Shown here: in pieces, positions 20,352 to 30,463 of the stretch
Numbering within the stretch: the first letter of the stretch is position 1
Layout of the letters: the number at the start of each line of letters is the position of its first letter
DNA from: Patescibacteria group bacterium UBA4787
GTDB taxonomy: Bacteria; Patescibacteriota; Patescibacteriia; UBA2591; UBA4787
NCBI GenBank assembly: GCA_002402995.1
Contig: DHGX01000004.1
Coordinates: forward strand, 85,186-149,185
Length of the DNA stretch: 64,000 nucleotides
Direction of reading: 5' to 3'
Position numbers and translations under genes: made by a program
Notes under the pieces: generated by a model
The model's database searches: none
Told to the model about the DNA's origin: nothing
Seen by the model: only the letters and a program-made list of their open reading frames with translations

Positions 20352-21041
20352 CTAATGAATTAAAGTGCCAATGAATTTCTTTCCTTTTAAAAATCTTTTT
20401 AAATTTTTTAAATTGTGACCGTTTAAAACTCCGACCCTAAGATGATTCCTTTGGGCTAATCGCGAGGCAATCGGATCAAAAGGAGTATTCAAACGAGGCG
20501 TCCAATCTTTGGGGATAATCTTTCTATAATCAGACCAAGAAATTTTTTTTAATGGCTTAGCTTTTGGATTTTTAGATGGATCGCTGTCATAAACATGGTT
20601 GATGTCTGTTAGATTAATTACTAAATCGGCGTTGATATTTTTGGCCCACCATACGGCATTTTTATCAGTAGAACAACCGGGCCGCCAGCCAGAAGCAATA
20701 ATAATCTTTTTATCGGTTTTTATTTTTGTATGCGGATTGGCAACAACATTTTTATGGGCCATTTCGCCAAAAATTAGACGAACCAATTCGGCATTAATCT
20801 TTGTTATTTTAATACCCAGCCAATCCAATTCATTATTTGGACAGTTTTTGGTTAATTTTTTTACGGCGAAATTATATTTTTTATTGGTATATCCCCCGCC
20901 CACCACAACAATAAGGCGTTGATAATTGGATAAAATTTGCAAAATAAATCGTTTAAATTGTTTTAAAAAGCCAATATTTATCTCGTTTGGCACAACAATT
21001 GAACCGCCCAAAGAAATGATTAATTTTCTGTCATTTGACAT
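20352..21041 (-). CDS. pyrH: UMP kinase (archaeal type)
   Basis: ISLGGS, VVVGGG, GWRPGCSTD, VYDSDP, PFDPIAS. Confidence 0.88.
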   Translation of the reverse strand: MSNDRKLIISLGGSIVVPNEINIGFLKQFKRFILQILSNYQRLIVVVGGGYTNKKYNFAVKKLTKNCPNNELDWLGIKITKINAELVRLIFGEMAHKNVVANPHTKIKTDKKIIIASGWRPGCSTDKNAVWWAKNINADLVINLTDINHVYDSDPSKNPKAKPLKKISWSDYRKIIPKDWTPRLNTPFDPIASRLAQRNHLRVGVLNGHNLKNLKRFLKGKKFIGTLIH

Positions 21042-21101
21042 AATATTTAGTTCTTATATGATAAGCAAAGAAGATATTTAATTATATTTTTATATTCGAA
21101 G

Positions 21102-21356
21102 ATGGAAAACTTTGAACCAAACAACGACGAGATAGTTGAGAGAATTGAAAGATCGTTGGGGATAGAAGAAGAATTAGACGGTGAACTCAGAAATTTGCCT
21201 GGCGTTAAACGCGAACAACGACATCAGAAAGGAAAAAAATATTCTCCTGATAGCGGAACATTGGGGGGCCAGACGCAGAGAATGAAAGATAATAGGTTTT
21301 ATCAGGGAAGTCGACCAAGAAAGAAAATAGAGATCATCATAAAAGACAAGAAATAG
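21102..21356 (+). CDS. Hypothetical protein
   Basis: 84-aa ORF filling the gap between pyrH and argS. Confidence 0.5.
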   Translation: MENFEPNNDEIVERIERSLGIEEELDGELRNLPGVKREQRHQKGKKYSPDSGTLGGQTQRMKDNRFYQGSRPRKKIEIIIKDKK

Positions 21357-21362
21357 ATTTTT

Positions 21363-23102
21363 CTACATTTCATTTAATGTTTCGATGCCTAAAATATCGA
21401 GACCATTTTTTATTACCCAAGCAACAGCCGTTATTAAAGATAATCTTGAATTTAAAAGTTTCTCGTTTCCTGTTTCAAGAATTTGGTGTTTATGATAAAA
21501 AACATTAAATAATTGCGCTAATCGTATCAAATAATTAGATAAAATAGCGGGATTATATTCTGTCATTGATTTGGCTAGAATTTTTTGGAAGATAAATAGG
21601 TTTTTAATTAATTCCCTTTCCTCTTTTTCTTGGAGATTGGCTAAATTTATGTCTTTTGGGTCGATTCTATTGACGGGGGCTTTTCTAATAACACTTTGGA
21701 TTCTGGCGTAAGCGTATAAAAGATATGGTCCTGTAGCGCCTTCAAATGAAATTGATTCTTCGGGGTTAAATTTTATTTCTTGGGCCGGCGTAAACTTCAA
21801 AAAGAAAAATTTTAAAGCGGTCAAAGCAATGATTTTGCTGCGTCCGGAAAGATCAATCGGCGAAACATTTGGATTGCGCTTAAGAATTTCTCCTTTGGCC
21901 AATGATTCCATCTCTACAATAATATCATCGATTTCAATTACCGTCCCTTCTCTTGATTTCATATTTCCGCTTGGCAGGTTAACCATGCCGTAAGAAAAAT
22001 GTTCGTAATTTTTAGCCCAAGAAAAACCGAATATCTCTAAAATTTTGAAGAGTACTCGAAAATGATAATCTTGCTCGGAGGCCACCACATGAATTGATTT
22101 GGCCGGCTTAAAATCATTATATTTCAATTTAGCTAAACCAATATCTTGAGTAACATAAACGCTAGTTCCATCGGCTCTAATTAAAATTTTTTTATCCATT
22201 CCATATGGCTCAAGATTGATTTGTACGGCCCCGTCCGGCAATTTTTCGCACAAACCTTTCTTTAATGCTTTTAAAACAATGTCTTTGCCTGTTTTATATA
22301 TTTCGCTTTCGTAATAAACCTTATCGAAAGAGATATTCAATCTGCGATAAGTTTCTTCAATGCCCGATATAGCCCAATGGTTCATTTTCTGCCAAAGATG
22401 GATGGTATCCTGATCGCCCTGTTCCCATTTTTGCAGTAATTCTTGAGCTTCGCGCATTAACGAAGGATTTTCTTTTGCTTTTTGGTCAAATAAAACATAA
22501 TAATCGCCGACGAGATGATCGCCTTTTTTATTTTCCGTTTCAGGAGTTTTATTGTCGCCCCATTTTTGATAAGCCAGCATCGATTTGCAAATATGGATGC
22601 CGCGATCATTGATCAAATTTAATTTTATAGACTTAACGCCATTTCTTATAAATAGGTTATTCATCGCGTTGCCCAAGAGCGTATTTCTAAGATGGCCGAG
22701 ATGAAGCGGCTTGTTAGTATTGGGCGCCGAAAATTCAATTATATATTTATCACTTTTTGATTTTATTTTTAAAGAACCGAAATCTTGTTCTTTCTCCAGT
22801 ATCTCTTTAAGAATCGCATTGATGAAAATTTCAGAATTAAATCTAAAATTTACATAGGGGCCGACCGCTTCAGCAAATTCAATCAGATCGTTTTCTACTT
22901 TGAGTTTCTCGGCAATTTTTGAGGCAATAGAATCCGGTGATTCTTTCAAGGTTTTTGCCAGAGAGAAGCAAGCCAAAGATAAATCTCCTAATTCTTTATT
23001 CGGCGGCAGATCAAAGTCAAAAATAAAATCTTTAGGAACATCTTTAAGTGTTTCTAATGCCAAGTCTCTGATCCTATCTTCTAGTTTATTAACATCGGAC
23101 AT
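21363..23102 (-). CDS. argS: Arginine--tRNA ligase
   Basis: PNTNKPLHLGHLRN, MKSREG, GATGPYLLYAYAR. Confidence 0.96.
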   Translation of the reverse strand: MSDVNKLEDRIRDLALETLKDVPKDFIFDFDLPPNKELGDLSLACFSLAKTLKESPDSIASKIAEKLKVENDLIEFAEAVGPYVNFRFNSEIFINAILKEILEKEQDFGSLKIKSKSDKYIIEFSAPNTNKPLHLGHLRNTLLGNAMNNLFIRNGVKSIKLNLINDRGIHICKSMLAYQKWGDNKTPETENKKGDHLVGDYYVLFDQKAKENPSLMREAQELLQKWEQGDQDTIHLWQKMNHWAISGIEETYRRLNISFDKVYYESEIYKTGKDIVLKALKKGLCEKLPDGAVQINLEPYGMDKKILIRADGTSVYVTQDIGLAKLKYNDFKPAKSIHVVASEQDYHFRVLFKILEIFGFSWAKNYEHFSYGMVNLPSGNMKSREGTVIEIDDIIVEMESLAKGEILKRNPNVSPIDLSGRSKIIALTALKFFFLKFTPAQEIKFNPEESISFEGATGPYLLYAYARIQSVIRKAPVNRIDPKDINLANLQEKEERELIKNLFIFQKILAKSMTEYNPAILSNYLIRLAQLFNVFYHKHQILETGNEKLLNSRLSLITAVAWVIKNGLDILGIETLNEM

Positions 23103-23126
23103 AAATAAAGACTATTAATTTTTTTG

Positions 23127-23277
23127 TTGACCCCGTAGAAGAATTTCGACCCTTCTTCACAAGCGCTATTTAGATTAAGAGTGAACTTATTGAGTAAAAT
23201 ATTTAGGTGGCAAAAACTATATTATATATAATAAACCGAAGGAAAACAGAGCGTTATCAAAGTCCTCTACGGGTTGA
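23127..23277 (-). mobile_element. Diverged relative of family A (element C)
   Basis: TIRs CCCCGTAGAAGAATTT / AAGTCCTCTACGGG (23131-23273), TTGA duplicated on both sides; length and internal motifs parallel the short A copies. Confidence 0.7.
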
Positions 23278-23910
23278 AAGCGCTTTTGAGATCGTAGCGC
23301 CAAATTCTTCGGATGCTTGCGGTCCGTTAGCTGTGATAATATTTCCGCTAATCACCACTTCGGTGTCAATAAAAACTGCTCCGGCTCTTGTTAAATATTT
23401 AATCATTGACTCCTTGTCGGATGGATCGGTCCAAATAGTGGCATTTTGTCCATTAAGAACGCCGGCATTAGCTAAAATAGCAGGAGCGATACAGATAGCT
23501 CCCAATATTTTATTTTTATTTATAGCTGTTTTGGCTATTTGATGAGCGGTAGGATTATCAAAAAAAGTTCGCGCGCCTGGACCGCCGATAAAAATAATAG
23601 CATCATATAAATCAACATTTAAATCATCTAGTGTATGCACTATATCGACCGTTAATTCGCCGCTCTTGCTTTGCGCTTTTCCTATTTTGGTAGAAAAAAT
23701 TTCTATTTTGGCGCCAAATTTTTCTAAGACATTTTTTATTTTTGAATATTCTTGATCTTGGAAACCCTGAAAAGCAATAATTTCGGCAACGCGATATGAC
23801 TTTTTCTCCATATTCTTGGTAATTAATTTATTGTTAACGACGCAGCCAGAAAAGACGAATGAAGCCAATAATAAAAATATTAATAATAATTTAAGATTTT
23901 TTGCTTTCAT
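23257..23910 (-). CDS. DJ-1/PfpI family protein with lipoprotein-like signal peptide
   Basis: FQDQEY, FIGGPG, GAICIAP, IITANGP; FSGC lipobox; last codons lie in element C. Confidence 0.85.
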   Translation of the reverse strand: MKAKNLKLLLIFLLLASFVFSGCVVNNKLITKNMEKKSYRVAEIIAFQGFQDQEYSKIKNVLEKFGAKIEIFSTKIGKAQSKSGELTVDIVHTLDDLNVDLYDAIIFIGGPGARTFFDNPTAHQIAKTAINKNKILGAICIAPAILANAGVLNGQNATIWTDPSDKESMIKYLTRAGAVFIDTEVVISGNIITANGPQASEEFGATISKALSTRRGL

Positions 23911-24778
23911 TATTTTTATCAATTAATTTGACTTGATCTAACGGGAAATCTAGCAATCCTTCGTTTTCTAATCCGACAGTAATAATCTGCTTTAAAATTT
24001 GTCGACTGACGACTCGTCCCCTCCCTTTATCGGTATTAACCATACTGTTAATTGGCGGCATTTTATTTATAATTTCTTTATATTGTTCTTCTTCGTAAGC
24101 TAAACAGCATTTTAATCTGCCACAGACACCTGATAAGCGATCAATGCCGCGATGCGCAATTTGTTGATCAAAAATAAGCTCTGTGCCCACATTACCTAAT
24201 TTTTTTAGAAAACTAAAGCAACATAATGAATTGCCGCACGGACCTACATCACCCTTTAATTCTAATTCTTGTCTTTTACCTAACTGATGGAGGCGGATAG
24301 ATTTATGAAATTCTTTAGCTAAATCTCTAACGAGATTGCGAAAATCAACGCGATTATTGGCCGTGAAAGCAAACGTTATTCGCCCGCCATCGTAAGAAGT
24401 CATCACGTCAATTAATTTCATTGACAATTTGTATTTTCTAATCAGAGAATTGCATTTTTCTAATAATTCATTTTTTGATTCTAATTTTTTTTGATTTTTC
24501 TCGAGGTCTTCGGTCGAAGCTTTATGAAGCACAAACTTTAATTCAAAATCTTCTTCTATGTCATCGTTTTCTTTTTTAACAGTTGACGCCGAGATTGATT
24601 TGTCCTCTTCGCAATTTTCAATTTTAACAATCTTTAGAAGATCAATGCCACTACCGATTTTAGCAACAATAAAATCACCGACTAAAAAATCGTTGGGGTC
24701 TATAAGCTTACCGCCAGAGAATTGAGTAAATTCCTGGATTTTATCCCATGGCGCTAATTGAGCCAGAAGAATAATCAT
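23891..24778 (-). CDS. PSP1-domain protein (RicT/YaaT-like)
   Basis: RVDFRNLVRDLA, GPCGNSLCC, LSGVCGRLKCCLAYE. Confidence 0.85.
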   Translation of the reverse strand: MIILLAQLAPWDKIQEFTQFSGGKLIDPNDFLVGDFIVAKIGSGIDLLKIVKIENCEEDKSISASTVKKENDDIEEDFELKFVLHKASTEDLEKNQKKLESKNELLEKCNSLIRKYKLSMKLIDVMTSYDGGRITFAFTANNRVDFRNLVRDLAKEFHKSIRLHQLGKRQELELKGDVGPCGNSLCCFSFLKKLGNVGTELIFDQQIAHRGIDRLSGVCGRLKCCLAYEEEQYKEIINKMPPINSMVNTDKGRGRVVSRQILKQIITVGLENEGLLDFPLDQVKLIDKNNESKKS

Positions 24779-24814
24779 CGGTTTATATATTTAATTGATC
24801 GTCATTTTTAGAAT

Positions 24815-25411
24815 TTACGACAAAGAATAGCGTACGAATCTTTGAATTTTGATATTTTCTCCAATCGCGGCGATTTTACCGGTCAATAATTGTTCTATAG
24901 TGATAGTCGTATCTTTGATAAATGCCTGTTTCAACAAACAGGTTTCGGAAAAAAACTTTTCTAATTTACCGTTGATAATTTTTTCTTTGATTTCTTCCGA
25001 CTCCTTGTCTTCTTTTAATTCTTCGCGATAAATTCTTTTTTCCTGTTCAATGATTTCTATGGGCACTTCGTTGGGAGAAACCCAAAAGGGATTAGTGGCG
25101 GCAATTTGCATGGAGATGTCATGAACAAAATCTTTAAAATTATCAGTGCGAGCAACAAAATCAGTTTCGCACAAAACTTCCACTAAAACCCCAAGCTTTT
25201 GATTAGAGTGTATATACGAATTGATCGCGCCTTCTTTTGTAACGCGAGCCTGCTTATTAAACGCAATTTTTTGTCCCTTCTTTCTTAAAATCTCTAAAGC
25301 TTGATTTAAATCGTTGTTGGCTTCTTTCAAAGCATCTTTACAATCATTAACGCCCGCTCCGCTTAATTCTCTTAATTCTTTTATTTTTTTAGTGTCTAGC
25401 TGTTGTCCCAT
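24815..25411 (-). CDS. tsf: Elongation factor Ts (short form)
   Basis: IKELRELSGAG, LCETDFVART, IGENIKIQRF; start at MGQQ. Confidence 0.95.
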   Translation of the reverse strand: MGQQLDTKKIKELRELSGAGVNDCKDALKEANNDLNQALEILRKKGQKIAFNKQARVTKEGAINSYIHSNQKLGVLVEVLCETDFVARTDNFKDFVHDISMQIAATNPFWVSPNEVPIEIIEQEKRIYREELKEDKESEEIKEKIINGKLEKFFSETCLLKQAFIKDTTITIEQLLTGKIAAIGENIKIQRFVRYSLS

Positions 25412-25430
25412 ATCATTTATATAAAATAAA

Positions 25431-26132
25431 TTAAGCTTTCGCTCTTTTTTTAAGAGCAGTTTGAACAACGTCGGATAAATAATTAGTAATTAAGTTAATG
25501 GTCTTGGTAGAATCGTCATTCGCCGGGATGGGATAATCAACAAAATTAGGATTAGCGTTGGTATCTACTATACCGACAGTGGAAATCTTGGCTCGCTCCG
25601 CCTCCTTAAGGGTAGTTGATTCTTTTCTAATATCAATAATAAAAATGACCTGCGGCAACCGTTCCAGATTTCTTAAACCCCCGACTGTTTTTTGTAATTT
25701 TTGCAATAACCTCTCTTTTAGTAATCTTTCTTTCTTAGTGTATTTAGTGTCCCACTCGCCGGAATCTTTTTCTTTTTCCAGCCTCTTCATTTTGTTTATT
25801 GTATTAGAGATAGCCGTAAAATTAGTTAATGTGCCGCCTAACCATCTTTCAACAACGAAAGGCATGTTAGTAGCCATAGCAACCTTTTTAATGGCCTCGT
25901 ACGCGGCCGGTTTTGTACCAACGAACAAAACGTTACCGCCTTTGGCTATAATTTCAGACAAAAAATCTCCTGCCGCCTTAAGCTGTTCAACAGTTTTCTC
26001 TAAATTAATAAGATGAATAGTATTTTTCGTGCTATGGATAAAGGGTAGCATTTTGGGGTGTCTTTTGCTAACATGATGGCCTAAATGGGCTCCGGCTTTA
26101 AAAAGCTCTAAAACTGTGGGGACTTGAGTCAT
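25431..26132 (-). CDS. rpsB: 30S ribosomal protein S2
   Basis: AGAHLGH, LFVGTK, RWLGGTLTNF, IPANDDS. Confidence 0.97.
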   Translation of the reverse strand: MTQVPTVLELFKAGAHLGHHVSKRHPKMLPFIHSTKNTIHLINLEKTVEQLKAAGDFLSEIIAKGGNVLFVGTKPAAYEAIKKVAMATNMPFVVERWLGGTLTNFTAISNTINKMKRLEKEKDSGEWDTKYTKKERLLKERLLQKLQKTVGGLRNLERLPQVIFIIDIRKESTTLKEAERAKISTVGIVDTNANPNFVDYPIPANDDSTKTINLITNYLSDVVQTALKKRAKA

Positions 26133-26237
26133 AATAAGAATTTTTATTGTATTTAATATTAAAATTAAGTGTATTTATTATATTCTATAATAATCCACTT
26201 GTCAAAAAAAATCAAGCTGTTAAAATAATTATCACTT

Positions 26238-26525
26238 ATGAAAAAAGATACACACCCAACTTATTATTCGGGGGCTAAAATTATTTGTGCCTGCGGAAAT
26301 ACTATTAATAGCGGTTCTACCGTTGAAGAAATGCATGTGGAAATTTGTTCCAAGTGCCATCCTTTTTATACTGGCAAACAAAAATTAATCGATACCGGCG
26401 GTCGAATTGAAAGATTCAGAAAATTAATTGAAAAAAAATCCGCGAAGAAACAGATAAAATCGAAAACGATAGCCGCAAAACTCACTACAAAAAAAGGTAA
26501 AAACAAAACTAATAAAGGACATTAG
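26238..26525 (+). CDS. rpmE: 50S ribosomal protein L31
   Basis: [17 protein letters not shown]. Confidence 0.96.
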   Translation: MKKDTHPTYYSGAKIICACGNTINSGSTVEEMHVEICSKCHPFYTGKQKLIDTGGRIERFRKLIEKKSAKKQIKSKTIAAKLTTKKGKNKTNKGH

Positions 26526-26531
26526 TCCTTT

Positions 26532-26598
26532 GTTGTTTGTGCTCACTCACCCGCCTAAATTTTTTAAAAAAACTTTGGCGGGTTTCGTTTGTTTGATA
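26532..26598 (-). repeat. Family D short palindromic element
   Basis: Minus strand TATCAAACAAACGA...GAGTGAGCACAAACAAC matches 62723-62781 TGTCAAGCAAGCGA...GAGCGAGCGCAGACAAC. Confidence 0.5.
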
Positions 26599-26618
26599 AT
26601 AGCGGTTCTATTTATATT

Positions 26619-27689
26619 ATGAATTTACCAAACTTAAAAAATCTTAGAGATAAATTAATTAATCTGGAGCGCGAGTTGCAAGCCCCGGGAATTTTGTCAT
26701 TCTCAGAAAAATTAACAGAAACATCACGCGAATATAATAGGACTAAAGAATTAGTAGATCTGTTAGAAAAGATAGAAAATATTAAACAAAAAATAGAGGA
26801 ATTAGAAATTTTTTCGAAAACCGAAGAAGGCGCTGAACTTTTAGAAATTGCGCAAACAGAAAAAAACGAACTTTTTAGAGAAAAAGAAAAAATAGAAAAT
26901 GAGCTGAAAGAATTTTTGTCCGAGAAAAGCATTATCGAATCAAAAAATGTCATTATGGAAATCCGCGCCGGCACAGGAGGAGACGAAGCTTCTTTGTTCG
27001 CTGCTAATCTTTTTAGAATGTATAGTCTTTTTGCTGATCATAATGGTTGGCGAACAGAAATCTTAAATGCCAGCCGAACAGACCTTAATGGTTTTAAAGA
27101 AGTTGTTTTTAGAATTGAAGGAAAAAATGCTTATAAATATTTAAAGTATGAGAGCGGAGTTCATCGCGTGCAGCGCGTTCCCGAGACAGAAAAGAACGGA
27201 CGCGTTCACACCTCTACGGCTACCGTAGCGGTTTTGCCGGAAGCAACGGACGTTGACATCAAGATCAAAAACGAAGATTTAAAAATCGAAACTTTTCGAT
27301 CAGGCGGACATGGCGGACAAAATGTACAAAAAGTGGAAACAGCTGTTAGAATCGTTCACCTGCCTACCGGTTTAGTGGTGAGCTGCCAAGACGAAAGATC
27401 TCAATTTAAAAACAAAGAAAAAGCTTTTAAAATATTACAATCCAGGCTTTTAGTCTTAATGGAAGAAAAAAAACATAAAGAACGCGCCGACGAGAGACGC
27501 TCGCAAATCGGTAGCGCCGAGCGTTGCGAAAAAACTAGAACTTATAATTTCTCGCAAGACAGAATTACCGATCATCGCTTCAACATCAGCTGGCACAATA
27601 TCAACGATTTTATGAACGGTAACATTAAAAATGCCATTGAAGAGTTACAAAAATCAGATGAAGATAAAAGAAGCGTTAATTTGGGCTAA
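26619..27689 (+). CDS. prfA: Peptide chain release factor 1
   Basis: EIRAGTGGDEA, HRVQRVPETE, GGQNV, RTYNF. Confidence 0.95.
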   Translation: MNLPNLKNLRDKLINLERELQAPGILSFSEKLTETSREYNRTKELVDLLEKIENIKQKIEELEIFSKTEEGAELLEIAQTEKNELFREKEKIENELKEFLSEKSIIESKNVIMEIRAGTGGDEASLFAANLFRMYSLFADHNGWRTEILNASRTDLNGFKEVVFRIEGKNAYKYLKYESGVHRVQRVPETEKNGRVHTSTATVAVLPEATDVDIKIKNEDLKIETFRSGGHGGQNVQKVETAVRIVHLPTGLVVSCQDERSQFKNKEKAFKILQSRLLVLMEEKKHKERADERRSQIGSAERCEKTRTYNFSQDRITDHRFNISWHNINDFMNGNIKNAIEELQKSDEDKRSVNLG

Positions 27690-28536
27690 AAAAGAATTAA
27701 AACATAAAAAAATAGAATCTTGGATGTTAGAAGCCGAGATTATCTTGGCTTATATTGTAAAAGACACCAAAGAATATTTGTATGCACATCCAGAAGATGA
27801 ATTAAATAAAAAACAAGAAGCTGGGTTTAGAAAATTAATCCAAAAAAGATTAACTGGTTGGCCAACTCCCTATTTAATCAAACATAGGGAATTTTTTGGT
27901 TTAAATCTTTTTGTTAACCAAAAAGTTTTAATTCCTAGGCAAGCAACTGAATCAATTATTGAGTATATTTTAGAAAATTATAGATTAGACACAAATTCAA
28001 AAATTTTAGAAATAGGAACCGGTTCCGGTTGTATTATAGTTACCTTGGGAAAACTCTTCCCTGTCGCTAAAATTACAGCCGTAGATATCTCTAAATCAGC
28101 GCTAAAGATCGCTGAATTAAATGCTAAAAATAATGTGGTTAGAAATATTAAATTCAGACAAAGCAATTTATTTAACAAAATTAAAGGAAGATTTGATATA
28201 ATTATTGCTAATTTGCCGTATCTTTCGCCGGCCAAAAGCAAAACAATCAAATATGAACCTGTCGTGGCTTTAAACGGCGGCAAGCAAGGGCTGGAAATTA
28301 TAAAAAGATTTTTGTTCCAAGCTCCAAATTTTTTAACACCAAAAGGTAAGATAATTATTGAAATCTCGCCTACTCAAAAAAATGCTCTTATAAAATTTAT
28401 AAAAAAACAACTTACCGATTATCATTTTAATATCGAAATTAGAAAAGACTTATCCATAAAAGATAGATTGGTGATTATAACTGCTTCGCAGTTGAAATTG
28501 GGGCGCCCCACTTCGCCGGAGCTCTCGCCGCGCTAA
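27658..28536 (+). CDS. prmC: Release factor glutamine methyltransferase
   Basis: VLIPR, EIGTGSG, ANLPY, EPVVALNGG; the C-terminal ~18 aa come from element B3. Confidence 0.9.
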   Translation: MKIKEALIWAKKELKHKKIESWMLEAEIILAYIVKDTKEYLYAHPEDELNKKQEAGFRKLIQKRLTGWPTPYLIKHREFFGLNLFVNQKVLIPRQATESIIEYILENYRLDTNSKILEIGTGSGCIIVTLGKLFPVAKITAVDISKSALKIAELNAKNNVVRNIKFRQSNLFNKIKGRFDIIIANLPYLSPAKSKTIKYEPVVALNGGKQGLEIIKRFLFQAPNFLTPKGKIIIEISPTQKNALIKFIKKQLTDYHFNIEIRKDLSIKDRLVIITASQLKLGRPTSPELSPR

Positions 28537-28619
28537 CGCGTTGGCGTAGCGGGTCAGCGAGGCGAGTCGGAATCAAATCAAAAGAAGACTTTTATTTGAC
28601 ATCCTCGCTACCAACCATA
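28473..28619 (-). mobile_element. Family B element copy B3 (long form) inserted in the prmC 3' end
   Basis: Flanks GATTATA / AACCATA; body nearly identical to B2 and B5. Confidence 0.85.
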
Positions 28620-28650
28620 AGTCGTAAATAATATACAGGAATAATGTCCT

Positions 28651-29670
28651 TTATTTCTCTCCTATTATTTCAACCCAAATATTGCCTCGTAAGAATTTAA
28701 TTTCGTTGCCATTTTGGTCGTAAAAAATTGTTCGATTATTGTCGCGAATCCAACTGCCCTCAATTTTATTGCCATTCATATAAATATAGGCCATACTTCG
28801 ACCGTCTATTTTAATTTCTCTGCGCCCAACAGCGTCGATAACGGCAATCGGCATTTTTTGAACAATTAAATTAATCGTCGAGATTTGATTATTTTTGTCA
28901 TCTAAATATGGTTTATTGTTTTGATAACGAAAATAAATTTTTTTGTCATTGTCGTACTTCCAACGCACTTTATATTGACTAATTTCTACTTGTTGGATCG
29001 TGTCATTTTCCTCGTCGGATTTATTGTCGCGAAAACTCCAAGGACGAAAATCAGCGTAATTCAAAATATTTCTTTTTTGAATAAATTTATTAATAAGATC
29101 GCTTGATGTATAAAGGTTGAAGGGCGGTATTCCCGAATTATCACGCCAGAAATAACTTCCGTTAGCGCTAATTTCATCTAAATCATAGATGTCGTATTTT
29201 CCCTGCTTCAACTCATTGATAACCTGTGGACTGCCGCCGGCATGCACGTATATCGCCTGGTATTCTTCGGCTAAACCGGCGAAATACGGCCTGGCGGACC
29301 TGATTGGTCCTATTTTTTCTGGCAGATTATTTAGTTCAAAGATACTCATAAACCTGGTAACACCCGCTTCAGCGGGAAATTCGTAAACAATAGAAGCGGA
29401 ATTAACACCTGCCACAGGCCTTGAATCAATAAGTCCAGAACCGATAGCATTATCGATCATTAAAGCAAGAAAAGGATCTTTATTTTCTTGGCCGATAATT
29501 CTTCCATCCAATAGGCCATAATAAATTTGTTCATTGTTGTTTATTTGTTTATTCTCGCTGTCAGAATTAGTTATTTTTTTTACACAACCGGCAAAAATAA
29601 AAACAGAAAAAAACAGAAAAATAACGATTATTATTCCGTTTATATAAAAATTTCTTCTACTAACTTGCAT
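28651..29670 (-). CDS. DUF3048-like lipoprotein
   Basis: FAGC lipobox, MIDN, AEAGVTRF, IGPIRSARPYF, HAGGS. Confidence 0.8.
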   Translation of the reverse strand: MQVSRRNFYINGIIIVIFLFFSVFIFAGCVKKITNSDSENKQINNNEQIYYGLLDGRIIGQENKDPFLALMIDNAIGSGLIDSRPVAGVNSASIVYEFPAEAGVTRFMSIFELNNLPEKIGPIRSARPYFAGLAEEYQAIYVHAGGSPQVINELKQGKYDIYDLDEISANGSYFWRDNSGIPPFNLYTSSDLINKFIQKRNILNYADFRPWSFRDNKSDEENDTIQQVEISQYKVRWKYDNDKKIYFRYQNNKPYLDDKNNQISTINLIVQKMPIAVIDAVGRREIKIDGRSMAYIYMNGNKIEGSWIRDNNRTIFYDQNGNEIKFLRGNIWVEIIGEK

Positions 29671-29710
29671 TAGAATATATAAAGATTGTTAATCCTTTGA
29701 TTGCAAGAAA

Positions 29711-30385
29711 CTATTTTTTCTCTTTGACTTCTTTGATTTGTTCTCCCGTTTCTTCTGTTTTCTTTTCGGTGATAACTTCCACTTTAGATATTTCGTCGCC
29801 TGGCTTTTCCTCTAAGGTCTTGAGTTCTTCTTCTGCGCGCGGCTGTTCTACGGCAACCAATACTTCTTCTACATTATTCATTAATTTCAATCCTGACGAA
29901 ACATTTAGGTCTTTAATGCGAACTACGTTATCAAAAGTTTTTAAATTAGAAATATCAACCTCTAGCTCGTGGATTAAATCATCTGGCAAACACTGAATTT
30001 TTATTTCTTTAAGAGCCAAAACAATAATACCGCCAAGTTCTTTTACTGCCGGTGCTTCGCCAACTAATTTTAAAGGAACATCAACAGAGATCATTTCATC
30101 GGCCCTAACCTCATAAAAATCTATATGCTCAATGCGATTCGTTAAAGGATGGTACTGAAGATCGCGAATTAAGACTTTAATGGACTTTTTTCCTTCGATA
30201 TCAAGGCTAATCAAGCTGGTTTCGCCTATTTCTTTAAAAATTTTATTAAAAGAGTTTGAAGGAACCTGGATGTTTTGATTTTTAGTGCTATGTCCATAAA
30301 TAACACCTGGTATCATCATCTGCTTCCTTAATCGTTTATTTTTTCTGCCTTTAGTTTCTCTGACTTGTGTCGAAAGGGTTAACAT
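29711..30385 (-). CDS. rplY: 50S ribosomal protein L25/Ctc
   Basis: IPGVIYG, QYHPL, HIDFYEV. Confidence 0.93.
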   Translation of the reverse strand: MLTLSTQVRETKGRKNKRLRKQMMIPGVIYGHSTKNQNIQVPSNSFNKIFKEIGETSLISLDIEGKKSIKVLIRDLQYHPLTNRIEHIDFYEVRADEMISVDVPLKLVGEAPAVKELGGIIVLALKEIKIQCLPDDLIHELEVDISNLKTFDNVVRIKDLNVSSGLKLMNNVEEVLVAVEQPRAEEELKTLEEKPGDEISKVEVITEKKTEETGEQIKEVKEKK

Positions 30386-30463
30386 AATATTCTTATAATT
30401 AAGATTTTATTAGATTTTAATTATACAAAGATTTAAAAAAAAAGTAAACTCCGTCTAGAAATT

